20,000 nt of DNA from assembly GCA_000934665.2 (NCBI GenBank), contig JYFJ02001944.1, positions 46,038-66,037 on the forward strand. Direction: 5' to 3'. Positions 8,618 through 19,770 of this stretch are shown here, in pieces; the first letter of the stretch is position 1; each line of letters begins with the position of its first letter. Origin of the DNA: Catajapyx aquilonaris. Taxonomy: Eukaryota. A model generated the notes under the pieces. That model was given only the letters and a program-made list of their open reading frames with translations. It had not been told where the DNA came from and did no database searches. The position numbers were made by a program, and so were the translations under genes.

Positions 8618-10514
8618 GTAAGTTACAGCCGAAAGGAAGTGATTGTCCACCCCAGCAACCGCAGAGGCAACAAGTCCGGGTTGCTGGGGCGAACAATCTT
8701 GTATTACTTGGAGCAAAAATGTAGGTGAATGATAACATTTTATGATCAAAACATTGCACCAGTAACGTTATCGCAATTTTTTTTGAAGCCATTTACCGCA
8801 CTCCACTTGCAATATTGTTGCGTAACTGAACTTGCGATTACAGCTAGAAAGCAATGGAGGTTACGTGTGTGAGCGAAAGGCGGGTTAACAGTTTATTTTG
8901 AGTGTAAGTGAGTGTGACTATAGGACGTGTATGAAAGCCATAGCATGACACATGTCAGTGCACTTTGACGCATGCAGGAAGTACAATAGTAATGGGTATA
9001 CTATTTGAGTGTACACAACAGTTTCATAATATAAAACAGCACATGTTTAAGGAGAAAGGGAACATTAGCTGAAACAGTGTTTAAAACATTATCATTCACA
9101 TGCTGGGTTTACTTAAACTATTTGAATTCCGTCCAATATTTCGCAATATTTCCATAAATCTCCGGTCGCGTGAAAGAATGCAATCTGCTGATAGCTCCAA
9201 CAATGACTCCTTTATTCAACACGTCTTATGACAATGGACATATTGTCTTGATAACAAGAAGACGGCACATTTCAAAACCGCCCACTTTGTTTCGCAGCCG
9301 TGTGAAAATAATTCTCCCTCCCCAATAATTACAAGCAAATATTGCGTGTCCTTATCCATTATTTCAGACAGGTTTTGACACGCTCAGTGATATAGTGACA
9401 TAAGACCAGTGAATGAAGCCTGTCATGCAAGACTATCGTGACAATATTATATGTCGAGCTCTGTACTACCCAAATAATTCTGCTGACCCACTCATTAAAA
9501 TGTGACGGATTTTCAAACGTTTTTCCCGCCCAAATTCTTATCGTCATATTTAGTCATCCGACTATTAATAGTGAAAAAAGGAAGTTGAGTTGAAGGCAAT
9601 CTCTGACTTCCTACCAAAACTTCGTCTTGGCAGGAAATTTGGGGAGGGGGGGAGGGGGAGGACTATGACCTTACACGAGAGGTTTCGTAATGACCCGAAA
9701 AATTCCTTTCTCTTGGAGGTCTAGACAAAAGGGCAAATATTGGCACGTAGTCAGATCGTGAGGTCATCTCCTTCCCTTTTTTCATGAAAACTAGAAAAAA
9801 AAATAGTTACGCATTTTTTTGGGGGGATACATCAGACAAGCTCAACCTCACATGACTTCGAGATATAAGGGACACATCATTTTCAAACAACATCTGGTTC
9901 TCTCAAGTGACAAGGGAAGCATTCACTACTGCATGGAAGGAGATAACGTAACTTTATATCTACCCTAACTATCTTCTGGGTCTAAGTAGTCCTCAGAAAA
10001 AGAAAATGTGTGGCCCAAGGAACTTATGACACGCACATGGTTAGTCCCAGCAGCAGGCGAAATAATATCACAGCATATTTCTGTACATGTCGGATGTACA
10101 GGGTGAGTCAGCAACCGTTGAATTCTTCTTCAGTGTAATATCCTGACATGTGACACTTGCGAATTCCGAGACAAAAATGGCTCGTCAGTGTCTACATGAT
10201 GACGTGTACATTGCTTCTGTAGGGGAATGGTTGCTAGGGAAGGAGGTTTCACGCTCTGTTGCTCTTCTCCTGTTTCGAAAACTACATCAAAGGAAGGTTC
10301 GCATGAAGGGGAGAATCCACAACATTACGGTCATTTATCGCACCCTTCCCTTTTCCCCAACCCCATCACATTACGAAATTGAATATGCACACATGAGGGG
10401 AAAAGGGGGGGTGAAAGTTATTGTACATGTTATTCGTTTATTAAAATCAAATTCTGACCAGTTGACAGGATGCGGGTATACACACGGGAGAATTCAACCA
10501 ATTTCAACCCCTGC

Positions 10515-10671
10515 CAGTCAGGTGTCGAAAAGAGTAACGTAGCAGAAGCTCAAATTAGCCTCCTAGTGCGCACCCATATTCACGCAGCACAATGGAGCTG
10601 CGCGAATGTGGGTGCGCACTACGTCCTCTCTTGGAGGCTAAATTGGGCTACCTTCTTCATTTCTGCGACTG
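10515..10671. mobile_element. Small palindromic MITE (same family as 19144-19239) with a nested mini-hairpin at 10566-10619
   Basis: GAGTAACGTAGCAGAAGCTCAAATTAGCCTCC ... GGAGGCTAAATTGGGCTACC. The central insert AGTGCGCACCCATATTCACGCAGC / GCTGCGCGAATGTGGGTGCGCACT matches the TIRs of the 16735 and 18091 elements. Outer limits approximate. Confidence 0.6.
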
Positions 10672-11354
10672 TGCAGATTGACCAAATAAGCAGTGCTTTC
10701 TAGGGTACGGATTTTTGTTTACGCTCATATAGAAAGCTCTGAGCGAAAGTGACCATATGCGCGTGAAAGTGAGTAGGCCTACCAATTATCACTTAATTTC
10801 GCCCTCACGTTTTTTTTTGTCTGCGTTTTATAATTTCACTCCCGATAATAATAATTGTAGAGTTCAATCCTCTGCAGCACCTTAAACCCTACTTTCGAAC
10901 ACACATCCCTGTGAATTCAAAAACCACCCCACGCAACTCAGTTTCCGCCAAGATCCTTCCGGCATCTTCTTTTTTCTTTCAATCCCTTCTTCATTCTTTA
11001 TACATTGTTGTGTGTGGGGGTCTCTAACTCCCTTCAAAAGAAGAGACTCGTGTTTGGCTCTCCTACTTTCAGTCACGGTCTGCTGTAACTCCGTGCTTAC
11101 CTTGAACGGCCCCCTTTTCAGCATTGTCTCTTTCTATGTCTTTTGTGGACACTGCTATAGTAGCAGCAGCTCTTTGCTAAATTACAGCCTCTTCTTCTTC
11201 TTCTTCTTTTTTTTGAATTTTTTTGGCGGGGGGAAGATACCGGAAGTTTCAGCGGAAGTTGAGCTGACAAGCTGTGATGACGTCAGTTGGAAGTTAGGCT
11301 GAGCGTGGCCTTGAGATTTCGGGCAATTTCAATGAGATTCAAGCATAGCATATA

Positions 11355-11577
11355 ATCATAAAATAACTTAATAAAATATTACAAAAGATAATTAACTTAA
11401 TAGCTAGCTAATAAAATAACGAAATAAATAACTAAAATAACTATAAGTAAAAAATTAAAATTAAAAATACAAAACTGATAAAATAACTAAACAGCTAATA
11501 AAATAACTGAAATATCTAATAAAATAACTAAATAACAATTAAAATGAATAACTAAATGAAATAAAGTATAAATAATA
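11355..11577. repeat. AT-rich low-complexity (AAATAACT-like) tract
   Basis: Direct reading. Confidence 0.6.
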
Positions 11578-11775
11578 CAGGGTGACTCTAATAAGTCAGG
11601 ATACATCTAGGTAATTTGACTGTATTGTTGGTTTTCAGCTGTACCAACTCCCAAATGCGAACAGTATGAAGTTCTACTTTACTGACTGACAACAATCTGC
11701 CAGTTGGCACAATTATTGGAAACCAACAATATACCATCCAATTACAGATAGCATCCTGACTTTAGAGTCATCCTG
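11578..11775. mobile_element. Tc1/mariner-type MITE
   Basis: TA|CAGGGTGACTCTAATAAGTCAGGAT ... ATCCTGACTTTAGAGTCATCCTG|TA; inverted similarity extends inward (TATTGTTGGTTT / AAACCAACAATA); TA target duplication. Confidence 0.75.
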
Positions 11776-14259
11776 TATAATAAGTATAAATAATAATATA
11801 ATAAATACCGGATTAAACTGACAGTAGCCTACAACAATGTCAACAGCACGTGCACTAGTTTACTCAACAATTTTTGCGACATTTTCTCGCGTGCTCAGAT
11901 ATTATACAAGGTGCAAGATCTCGACCTACTTGTTTCTTTTTGCACAACACGCGGAAGGTGTCTAGTTCGAAGGGAAGTGTAGCTCTACATTTTTTTTTCT
12001 GAACCGTATGAATCATCCTGTACCTGCACTTCCCTCAAGGTCACGGAATTGCGAATAAATGTCGTGATTCAATGTCCTGCCCTTTTACAGGCCCCGCAAT
12101 CTACCAGACCGTGTCCGACCCCGCATACATTTTGACGATTTGTTCATGTTTCATTCATGAAGGATGAGACTTGTTAAGTCGGGATCACCCTGTACTTAGT
12201 AAGAGCCAGCTGCTTGAATTTCTCTCTTAGTCAAAATAAAAGGAGGCCATTTTTGTAACCGGAGGCAATTTTCTTAATCTTTAATGGGAAAGCTGCGCCC
12301 TTGATTCAATTTGTCTGAAGCCCACGCACCCTTCCCACACTGAACTCACTGTTTGTCCCACAAAATAATGCAGGGTACAGGGTATGCAACAATGAGACAC
12401 CAAGGACAGTTCCCCGGACAAAAATGCTCTCAATATAAATAATAAAAGGGGCCGACCTCGTTGATGTCACACACACAACAAACGATGTTGCATAACCATG
12501 TCCAATCAAGACCAATCACGATTCAATCGCGACAAGATGCAACGCGTTTCCTGCGTAAAGTGCTCGAGCATTTATCGGCAATCTGCAATTGAAAGTGATA
12601 CATATGCAGTGATCGCAAATAATTGTAAAGGTCAGTTCGGTTTGAGTTTATAAACGAATCTATTGTTATGCGGATAAGCCTTGGAGAGAGGGTGACATTA
12701 TAACTGTTAGTAGAGTGACACCCAAAAATAGAAGTTGTTCCTCCCACGAAGGAGCATGGAAGGGAGCCAAGACAACAATACGCGAGTGTAATTTTAGGAT
12801 TGTGTAGTGCTTTTAATTATATAAGAGAAGGGTCAATCCCCTCCAGGTTTTGACCTGCATTTTAGCAGTCAAGTTGAAGGAACCGCTGGGCAACCGAATT
12901 TTTATGGGCACAGTTACTTTCCTAAAGCATACAGCGTAACAAAAGTCGGCAAACATTATTCGTGGATTGTTGACCAACAAAAAAAGAGAGGCGGATGATG
13001 TTTACCAGTGGCTTTAAAACCTCTTAAGAAGTGAAGGGCATCTGGCTTTTACAAACGTCTATTTTTACTCCGGTACAAAATGACGGTATACAACAATGGC
13101 TTACAACAATATGATTAAAGGCAAGGTTGACTATCAGTCTGGTGGTGGAAATTTATTTTTAAAAAAGGGCATAGTAACAGTTACAATTAATTACAAGTCA
13201 AGTTGCCAATTCTTGAAATAAAGATTATTTTAAACACATGCCCAAATAAATAATTATTAACTACTGCTCAACGCTGGTTGTATTTAAATTTGGTTTTGCC
13301 CAGTTTATATACTGATAAAATGTATTACATAACATGTGCGTGATGTATACAAAAAGTTTCGAATTAGCAGACAATCGACCTTACATTACTAATTGAAGGT
13401 CGAACTACTTTGAACCGAGTTGAACAGTGCTTGTGCAATTGAACGAGGTGCAAATTATTGTCACACAAATCACGGACTTGAAGACAACAAGTGCCATCCA
13501 AAATGTTCAACAATATTATGTTAACGATCATCTCATATTAATCCAATCACCTGTCAGGTAACGCATCGATAAATGTGCTGCAATTATGATACGATCTTGC
13601 GCGTAAACGTATTATTAAAACGGCTAACGTTTCTGCAATTACACTGTACTGATTACGCGACAGTACCGGTCAGGTTATCGGAGCACCCTAAAACCACTTA
13701 ACGGTAACTTAATCATTATGCCTCAATTGGCACAATTCGCAAAAAAGCAAAACCGTTGCAATGAAAAAAAAAATGTGCGTTGAGCCACGCAATATTTCAA
13801 GACATTAATGAGTCCTCTTTCCCTCCAACTGATTAAATCGGGGCCCCATTCTCGCTCATCAGAATTGCTTCGCATAAAGCTTCGGTAACAATATCAGACC
13901 CTGCACACACTCTTATAATTTAAATCAAAAAACGGCGGCACGTAAGCCGATTTAAGCGTAACATATAGGGAGAGGGGCGCGCAACCCCTTTTCCTCTCTG
14001 CGAATCCAGCTTAGCAACGTGCGTATTTTTCTACCCTTCCACATTATTAAACTCTCTCCCTCTCCCTCTCCCCCTCCCCCTCCGTATGACTCACCCCTTT
14101 GGTTGATTAATCAATTACGCTTGCCAAGCACATCTCTTATTCCCCAGCATGCAGCTTCACAAATGTGACACCGTACAGAGGGAGGGGGAGACATACCTGC
14201 ACTGCATTGCTAAACACGTTCTTCACTGACTCAGCTGTGTCCAGCTGTGTGAAAAAAAT

Positions 14260-14820
14260 TATCAGTCATTTTATTTTATTCGGCTATTTCATTTAGTAGT
14301 TTTTATTTATTTATTATTTAGTTATTCATTCATAGATGTTTATTAGTTAATACTGTATTAGCTATTTATGGGCAATTTTCAATTTATTAGTTATATTATT
14401 GGCTATTTATGGGCAATCTATTAGTATACTATAAGGTATTGGCAATTTAATAGTACTTTATTGGCTATTTATTAGATATAGTTATTGGCTATAATAAATA
14501 AATAGCCACTAAATTACTAATAAATTGCCAATAGCTAATAACTGCTAAAACGAATAAATAACCGAATATAAAATAATCGAATAAAATGTACTAAATAACT
14601 GAATCAAATACCGGTACGTATACTAAATAACTGAATAAAATAGAAAAAGATAATAAATAACTAAATAATCAATAACTAGCCAACTAATAGTTATTGGCTA
14701 TTTATTAAGTTATTTATTGACTAGTTATTAGCCACTTATTCGACATTTATTAGCTAGTTATTCGAGATTTAGTTAGTTATTTATTATTTTTATATTTGAT
14801 TGTTTTATAATTATTATATT
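14260..14820. repeat. AT-rich foldback/low-complexity block (TTATTGGCTA / TAGCCAATAA-type motifs in alternating orientation)
   Basis: T-rich, A-rich and T-rich segments built from the same short motif. Confidence 0.55.
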
Positions 14821-14832
14821 CTATTTACGCAG

Positions 14833-15044
14833 TAAACTGTAAAGCGCCATAAAGTATTAAAAGAGAATTACTTTAATGCTCTTGTGATGCTCTTGTAATG
14901 TTTTTTTGTTTGCTAAAAAGCAACTAAAACATTAAAGGAGAATTACAAAGGCATTAAGAGAGCATTACAAGGGCATTAAAATTGATGCTCCATGGGAGAG
15001 GCAGTATAGTGATGCTCTTTTAATGTTCTGCGGTTTACAGTGTA
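14833..15044. mobile_element. MITE-like palindromic element
   Basis: TAAACTGTAAAGCGC..ATTAAAAGAG versus CTCTTTTAAT..GCGGTTTACAGTGTA; inner pair TTTAATGCTCTTGTGATGCTCT / AGAGCATTACAAGGGCATTAAA. Confidence 0.65.
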
Positions 15045-15137
15045 TAGTTATTTATATTTAATGAGACAGTTAGAAGGCCATAGTAGAACATGATTAATTT
15101 TTAAATAAAATAAATGAACTGAGGGGAGCAAAAGGAT

Positions 15138-15231
15138 TGCCCCAGGTGAGGCTCGAACTCACAACCCCGGCATAGCTCAGCAGCATACTGACTTATAAGT
15201 ACCGTGCGCTAACCGATTGCGCCACTGGGGC
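15138..15231 (-). tRNA. tRNA-Ile-TAT: tRNA-Ile(TAT) with a 20-nt intron (15174-15193)
   Basis: Minus strand GCCCCAGTGGCGCAATCGGTTAGCGCACGGTACTTATA[AGTCAGTATGCTGCTGAGCT]ATGCCGGGGTTGTGAGTTCGAGCCTCACCTGGGGCA. Full cloverleaf, intact A and B boxes, intron after position 37, C32:G anticodon-intron pair, TTTT terminator at 15130-15133. Confidence 0.95.
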
Positions 15232-15876
15232 ACCTGATGTAATGAGTACCTCGCAGTGACAATGCCTCTGCAGCGCATGACTTCATGAGGAATATATACA
15301 GGTCACTTTACGGCCAGATTTTTGGCGATCAGTAGCGAAAACTGGGGAATAACGAGGAAAAAAATTGCACTTTAAAAAACTGCATCATTTCATACGTGCT
15401 TGCATTATCAGTTATAATAATTGCACCTGAAATCTATATATTTTTTTGCGTAATATTTTGTTGATTTTGATTTTAAAGATCTGGTAGCCTACTTCTTGGC
15501 GGTCGGACCGTTGAAGGGTCGGACACACATAGAAGCACATGGTTGCGCACTTGGACGTTACGTATCTTATACTTAGCGGTATTAAATTGTACCAACATTA
15601 AATGAATGTTAACAAACGGACTAACACACCCTCTTATTTTCATAGCAGACTACATGCTACACGTGGTAGTACTGTATTATCCAGTTAGCATATGACGAAA
15701 GGCATCGGAGAAGCGAGACGGTAGTCGAATCGTAGATATTGACGTCAGGAAAAAAAAAGCACTGACTTTCACAAATTAAATTTATGAATTAAATTCCATA
15801 AAGGAGCCTCTAATAGGAAAAATGACCAATAACATAAAAATAACAAAATAAAATAAAAAACAACATGGGAAAAAAA

Positions 15877-15950
15877 TGCCCAAGTGAGGCTCGAACTGAC
15901 AACCCCGGCATAGCTCAGCATACTATAAGTACCGTGTGCTAACCGATTGC
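15877..15950 (-). pseudogene. 5'-truncated tRNA-Ile(TAT) pseudogene retaining a shortened intron
   Basis: GCAATCGGTTAGCACACGGTACTTATA[GTATGCTGAGCT]ATGCCGGGGTTGTCAGTTCGAGCCTCACTTGGGCA; lacks the 5' acceptor strand and has D- and T-stem mismatches. Confidence 0.8.
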
Positions 15951-16219
15951 ATATGCTTTCTCTCATGCCCCTCACAATAATGATACGGTCATGTCAAAAT
16001 ATGATTAAGCGGAGTACACGCTCTCATTGCCTAGCCGGAGCTTCAAAACAAAACCACGATGCAATAAAACAAGTGCGATGTCATTATTATTTGGATCCCC
16101 CCAAAAATGCGGGCAAAGTTACATAATTACAACTGCCAACTTTATTAGTGTTGTCATTAATATCGTGCATTGTCAGCCACGTGTGAAGAGAATTAACGCT
16201 CCACATCTCCCAATATAAC

Positions 16220-16232
16220 CCTCTCTCTCTAG

Positions 16233-16267
<35 letters not shown>
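16220..16267. repeat. (CT)n microsatellite, interrupted
   Basis: Direct reading. Confidence 0.8.
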
Positions 16268-16268
<1 letters not shown>

Positions 16269-16515
16269 AAACTATACATTATGTGAGTCAATGGATCAAT
16301 TTCTGTTGGTGCCACCACGTCGTATATGGGCTTGGTTGTTGTCCCACCATGTGAGTCACAAAAATCATTATTGAGCACCAAAACCTCACCAGGATCACAG
16401 GCGCCACGTGGTTACTCACAATGCACAGAAAAGGGGTTAGTCAACTTCCATAATAAATCTTGTACACTCACAATAGGATCTCCATAAAAATATTTTCATA
16501 TTGAACCACAGTCTA

Positions 16516-16720
16516 CATAAATATTACCTCATTTTTTTGATGTTCAAGTGGGTATGTAATGGCCACGAAGCCAAAATATGGACAAACAAACAAGAAAACT
16601 AGCCTTTCATAATATTGTAGATAAATAAATAAATATTACAAATATTATAAAGGCCTATAGTTTCTTTTGCAGATTTGGCTTCAAACCCATTTGAACATAA
16701 ACAACGAGCAAATATTTATG
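16516..16720. mobile_element. Degenerate ~205 bp foldback element
   Basis: Nested inverted pairs CATAAATATT/AATATTTATG, ATGTTCAAGTGGGT/ACCCATTTGAACAT, GAAGCCAAA/TTTGGCTTC and GCCTTT/AAAGGC. Confidence 0.6.
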
Positions 16721-16734
16721 CATATGAATTTTTA

Positions 16735-16966
16735 ACGAGCGCAATGGAGTGCGCATCCACATTGGTTACTCCCCAGGTGACAAAATTAGTAGTTAATTAA
16801 TTATTAAAAATTAATTCGGACTCATAGCCATATTCATCTCCCAAGCATAGCGCTGGAAATAAGTACAGCGCTTATTTACCAGTCCCTCCACTATACAGAG
16901 AGCTATCATTCATAATTCCAACCGTGCAAGCTGCGCGAACTGTGGTGCGCACTCGGTTGCACTCGT
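16735..16966. mobile_element. MITE family A, copy 1
   Basis: Ends ACGAGCGCAATGGAGTGCGCATCCAC / GTGGTGCGCACTCGGTTGCACTCGT; internal sequence aligns with 18091-18430. Confidence 0.7.
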
Positions 16967-18090
16967 CAAAAAAAAAACAAATCGACTAATTTTTCATCAT
17001 TTTAGAGTCCAGGTTAAATCTGAGTCAGGGTCAACTCCCCAAGTGTGCTAACGACAGACTGAAGGTCTTCCAACTCTTCCCAGCCCACTAGTTCGTAACA
17101 AGCAGATTACAATGTCGCCTTGTGGTCACCATATAGCGCCCCCCCACACTATAAAAGGTGCGCGTCCTTCACGGTCGCAGGTTTCTTACCCGATGATCTT
17201 GAAGATTAAACCCAAGAAAAAACCATCAAAGTCAATCGAATTGTCAACAACCAGATGTGCTGGACCGGACACAGCAAAAAAAAAAAAAAAGTGACCATGA
17301 CCAAAATTTTGTGTCGTGAAGTTGTACTTGAATCATTCTCACAATTGCTCAAGACCGTAGTTTCAAACAATGGCGCTAATTAAATAGTAGGAACCTGCAA
17401 AAAAGAAAAATATGGGGACTGTGGCGTGTTTCACGTGGGAAGTGACCGTTTCGCAATATTCCCATCCTATGGGTCAAGATCCAGATAATACATTCTAGGA
17501 AACAAAAAAAAAAGACATAGGGTTTAGCCTGCGCTACTGTGCACACAAGAAAAAAAAGAAGGGGGTCTGGATTGAAGATAATAGTTTCATAAGCAGCTTC
17601 CTGCCGCTTTTAATGTCATAATTAGCACACTGAAGTTCGCACTTCCGCAGTTTTTGCGCTCTTCTTGGGAAATAATTTGCCATTAATTCAAATTAACACA
17701 TAATAATTTTTGACTGATCGGTTTGTAATCAAAACATGACTGGGGATACGTTACAACCTTCGGTTAACTTCCATGGTTTAAATCTCACTTGGCAATCACC
17801 TGCTTCCGATCCCAAGTTAGGAGAGGGTGTGTTTCATAATAAGGAAGTAATCATCTCGCAGTTTACTTCCATCCTTTGACTCTTTGGCATTACGCAATAG
17901 GCTCTACCACCCAAACTCCATCTACCAAGCAAGAACAGTCTGTTCCACTCCGTTTAACATAAATCATGATTGGTGTGTGTAAAAGCGTACTTGTAATGAG
18001 ATTGCTTTCACTTGTGGGCGGTTCACCAGACAGAAGCAATCACGTGTTTCTGATTGTTGTCGTAAATAATTCTAAAGATGAAATTTTTTA

Positions 18091-18430
18091 ACGAGCACAA
18101 CCAATTGCGCACCCACACTCGCGCAGCTCCATTGTTACTCCCCTGGAGGCTGGAGAGCCAAACTAATTCAGCCAAAATAATCATAGTAATTAATAATAAA
18201 ATAAAATAACTAAGGCAAAATAATTCAGAATTGTAGCCTGAGTTTAGTTTCAGAGCTAAGGCAAATGTCGGTCATGTTGTTCCCCCCTCATCAAGCGTAG
18301 CGTTGGAAATAGTGTAGCGTTGATTTACTAGTACACACACTATACTCTATACAGAGACCTTGCCAGCTATTATTGATAATTCTAACCGTGCATGCTGCGC
18401 GAACTGTGGTGCGCACTTGGTTGCGTTCAT
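18091..18430. mobile_element. MITE family A, copy 2
   Basis: TIRs ACGAGCACAACCAATTGCGCACCCACACTCGCGCAGC / GCTGCGCGAACTGTGGTGCGCACTTGGTTGCGTTCAT; shares CAAGC.TAGCG.TGGAAATA and CTATACAGAGA with copy 1. Confidence 0.7.
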
Positions 18431-18889
18431 CTATATTTTATACCTTACTCATACTGTCCAAATATTAATAATTTTCGGTCTTGTACCACCCCTGGCCATG
18501 GCTGTATTTCCTAGATTTCACTTCACGATCTATACGATTGCACATTGAAAGCCTGTTTACCCAGCAATTGAAAGGGCGGTGCAAATAATAGAGGAGCAAC
18601 AATTGCATCTCCGGTGCGAGAAAATGTGTGGGTGTAGACGTGGGCGGCAGGGTTTAAATGTCGGCGGTAAGTGTCAAAGTCATACAGAGTAATCAGCACA
18701 CCGGAAGAAATTACGGGCACGTTTGATTAAATTTGTCGGTTATTACAATGAGCGAGAAAATGGCGGCGGAAATTACCGGTAATTGTTGAAAGGTGCGTAT
18801 GAATGAAAGTGTTGACATTTTCCTGAATGCTTTGGTGATTAGTGATTACTGCCGTTTTTGTTAATTAAAATGAAGACAAATATTTGCAG

Positions 18890-19075
18890 GTATGCAGCCA
18901 AAGCAATGCGGTCCTCCGGGTCGTCCTGCCAACGGATCAGTGAGCAACGGACCTTCCTTGTACTATCCCGGAGAAGAAGTCCGGTACTCATGTGACCACA
19001 GCTTCGTTCTGATCGGCACAGAGGTCAGGAGGTGCCGAGACGACGGAACCTGGACAGGACGGATACCCAGATGCG
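18890..19075 (+). CDS. Sushi/CCP domain exon of a furrowed/CG9095-like protein
   Basis: Acceptor TATTTGCAG; QCGPPGRPANG...YPGEEVRYSCDHSFVLIGTEVRRCRDDGTWTGRIPRC has the four Cys and the Trp of a CCP domain; phase 1-1 exon; donor G|GTATGT. Confidence 0.9.
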
Positions 19076-19143
19076 GTATGTCACCCTTTGGTGCTAATAA
19101 TTTCAGTTCAATCTAGTGCCAAATGTGTCATACACTGGTCGTA

Positions 19144-19239
19144 CAGTCAAGGAGTAAGGTAGCACACTTGAAGCTGAATTAGCCTCAAAGACAGGCGCAC
19201 CTGTCTTGGAGGCTAATTTGAGCTTCAGGTCTTTGACAG
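19144..19239. mobile_element. 96-bp palindromic MITE within a 189-bp intron
   Basis: TA|CAGTCAAGG ... CTTTGACAG|TA termini; core hairpin TGAAGCTGAATTAGCCTCAAAGACAGG-CGCA-CCTGTCTTGGAGGCTAATTTGAGCTTCA. Confidence 0.65.
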
Positions 19240-19264
19240 TAAGGGAACTGTTTTATGTCCACAG

Positions 19265-19453
19265 AACTGAACGTGGCCAAAGAGAAGGAAGCTCGACAAT
19301 CAGCGACCCTCTGGAGCTACGCGGCCGAACTGGCTGTCGATGGAAACCCTGAATCGTGCAGTTTCACCCCCAAGAGTGTGGACAACCGTTGGTGGCAGGT
19401 GGACCTCGGACAGATGTACGACGTGGAAGCCGTTGCAGTCACAATCAGTCAAG
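19265..19453 (+). CDS. F-type lectin (FTP/fucolectin-like) domain exon, N-terminal part; the gene continues beyond the window
   Basis: Acceptor TTTTATGTCCACAG; ELNVAKEKEARQSATLWSYAAELAVDGNPESCSFTPKSVDNRWWQVDLGQMYDVEAVAVTISQ shows the NVA..QS..AVDG..C..T..WW.VDLG F-lectin signature; probable donor AAG|GTTGGA. Confidence 0.85.
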
Positions 19454-19770
19454 GTTGGAACTATTTCTCACTATTTTCAACCCCGTGTTAATAATTGCCA
19501 ATTATTACAAAACACATCCCGGACGGACGTGGAGCATATTAAACACGCCCGGAACAAAAAGGGGGTCTTCTGGTCACCGCCGCCGGTAGAGAGAGAGATT
19601 CGAAGTTAGATGAACCCCAGGGGCCAGAACTAGGTCACTGAACGTCCGGGAACCAACCCATTGTTACGAGAGGGTCTTCTCTCGCACATGGAAAGGGAAA
19701 GGATTGTTTTTAAAAAAAAGTACTATAGGGATAACTATTAAATCTGAAAGAAAATTAAGAAAAAAAATAT

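Noticed and set aside
9641..9662. G-quadruplex-capable G run (also C runs at about 4083-4106 and 14052-14083)
   Set aside because: Simple low-complexity tracts with no independent evidence of function.
10150..10703. ORFs of 130 aa and 77 aa
   Set aside because: No recognisable domain or coding bias, and they overlap MITE sequence.
11012..11302. Hydrophobic 96-aa ORF as a signal-peptide exon
   Set aside because: The poly-Phe/Ser comes from CTT, T and AGC runs; the exon at 8569-8617 fits phase and signal pattern much better.
15769..15975. 68-aa minus-strand ORF
   Set aside because: It reads through the tRNA pseudogene and T-rich sequence.
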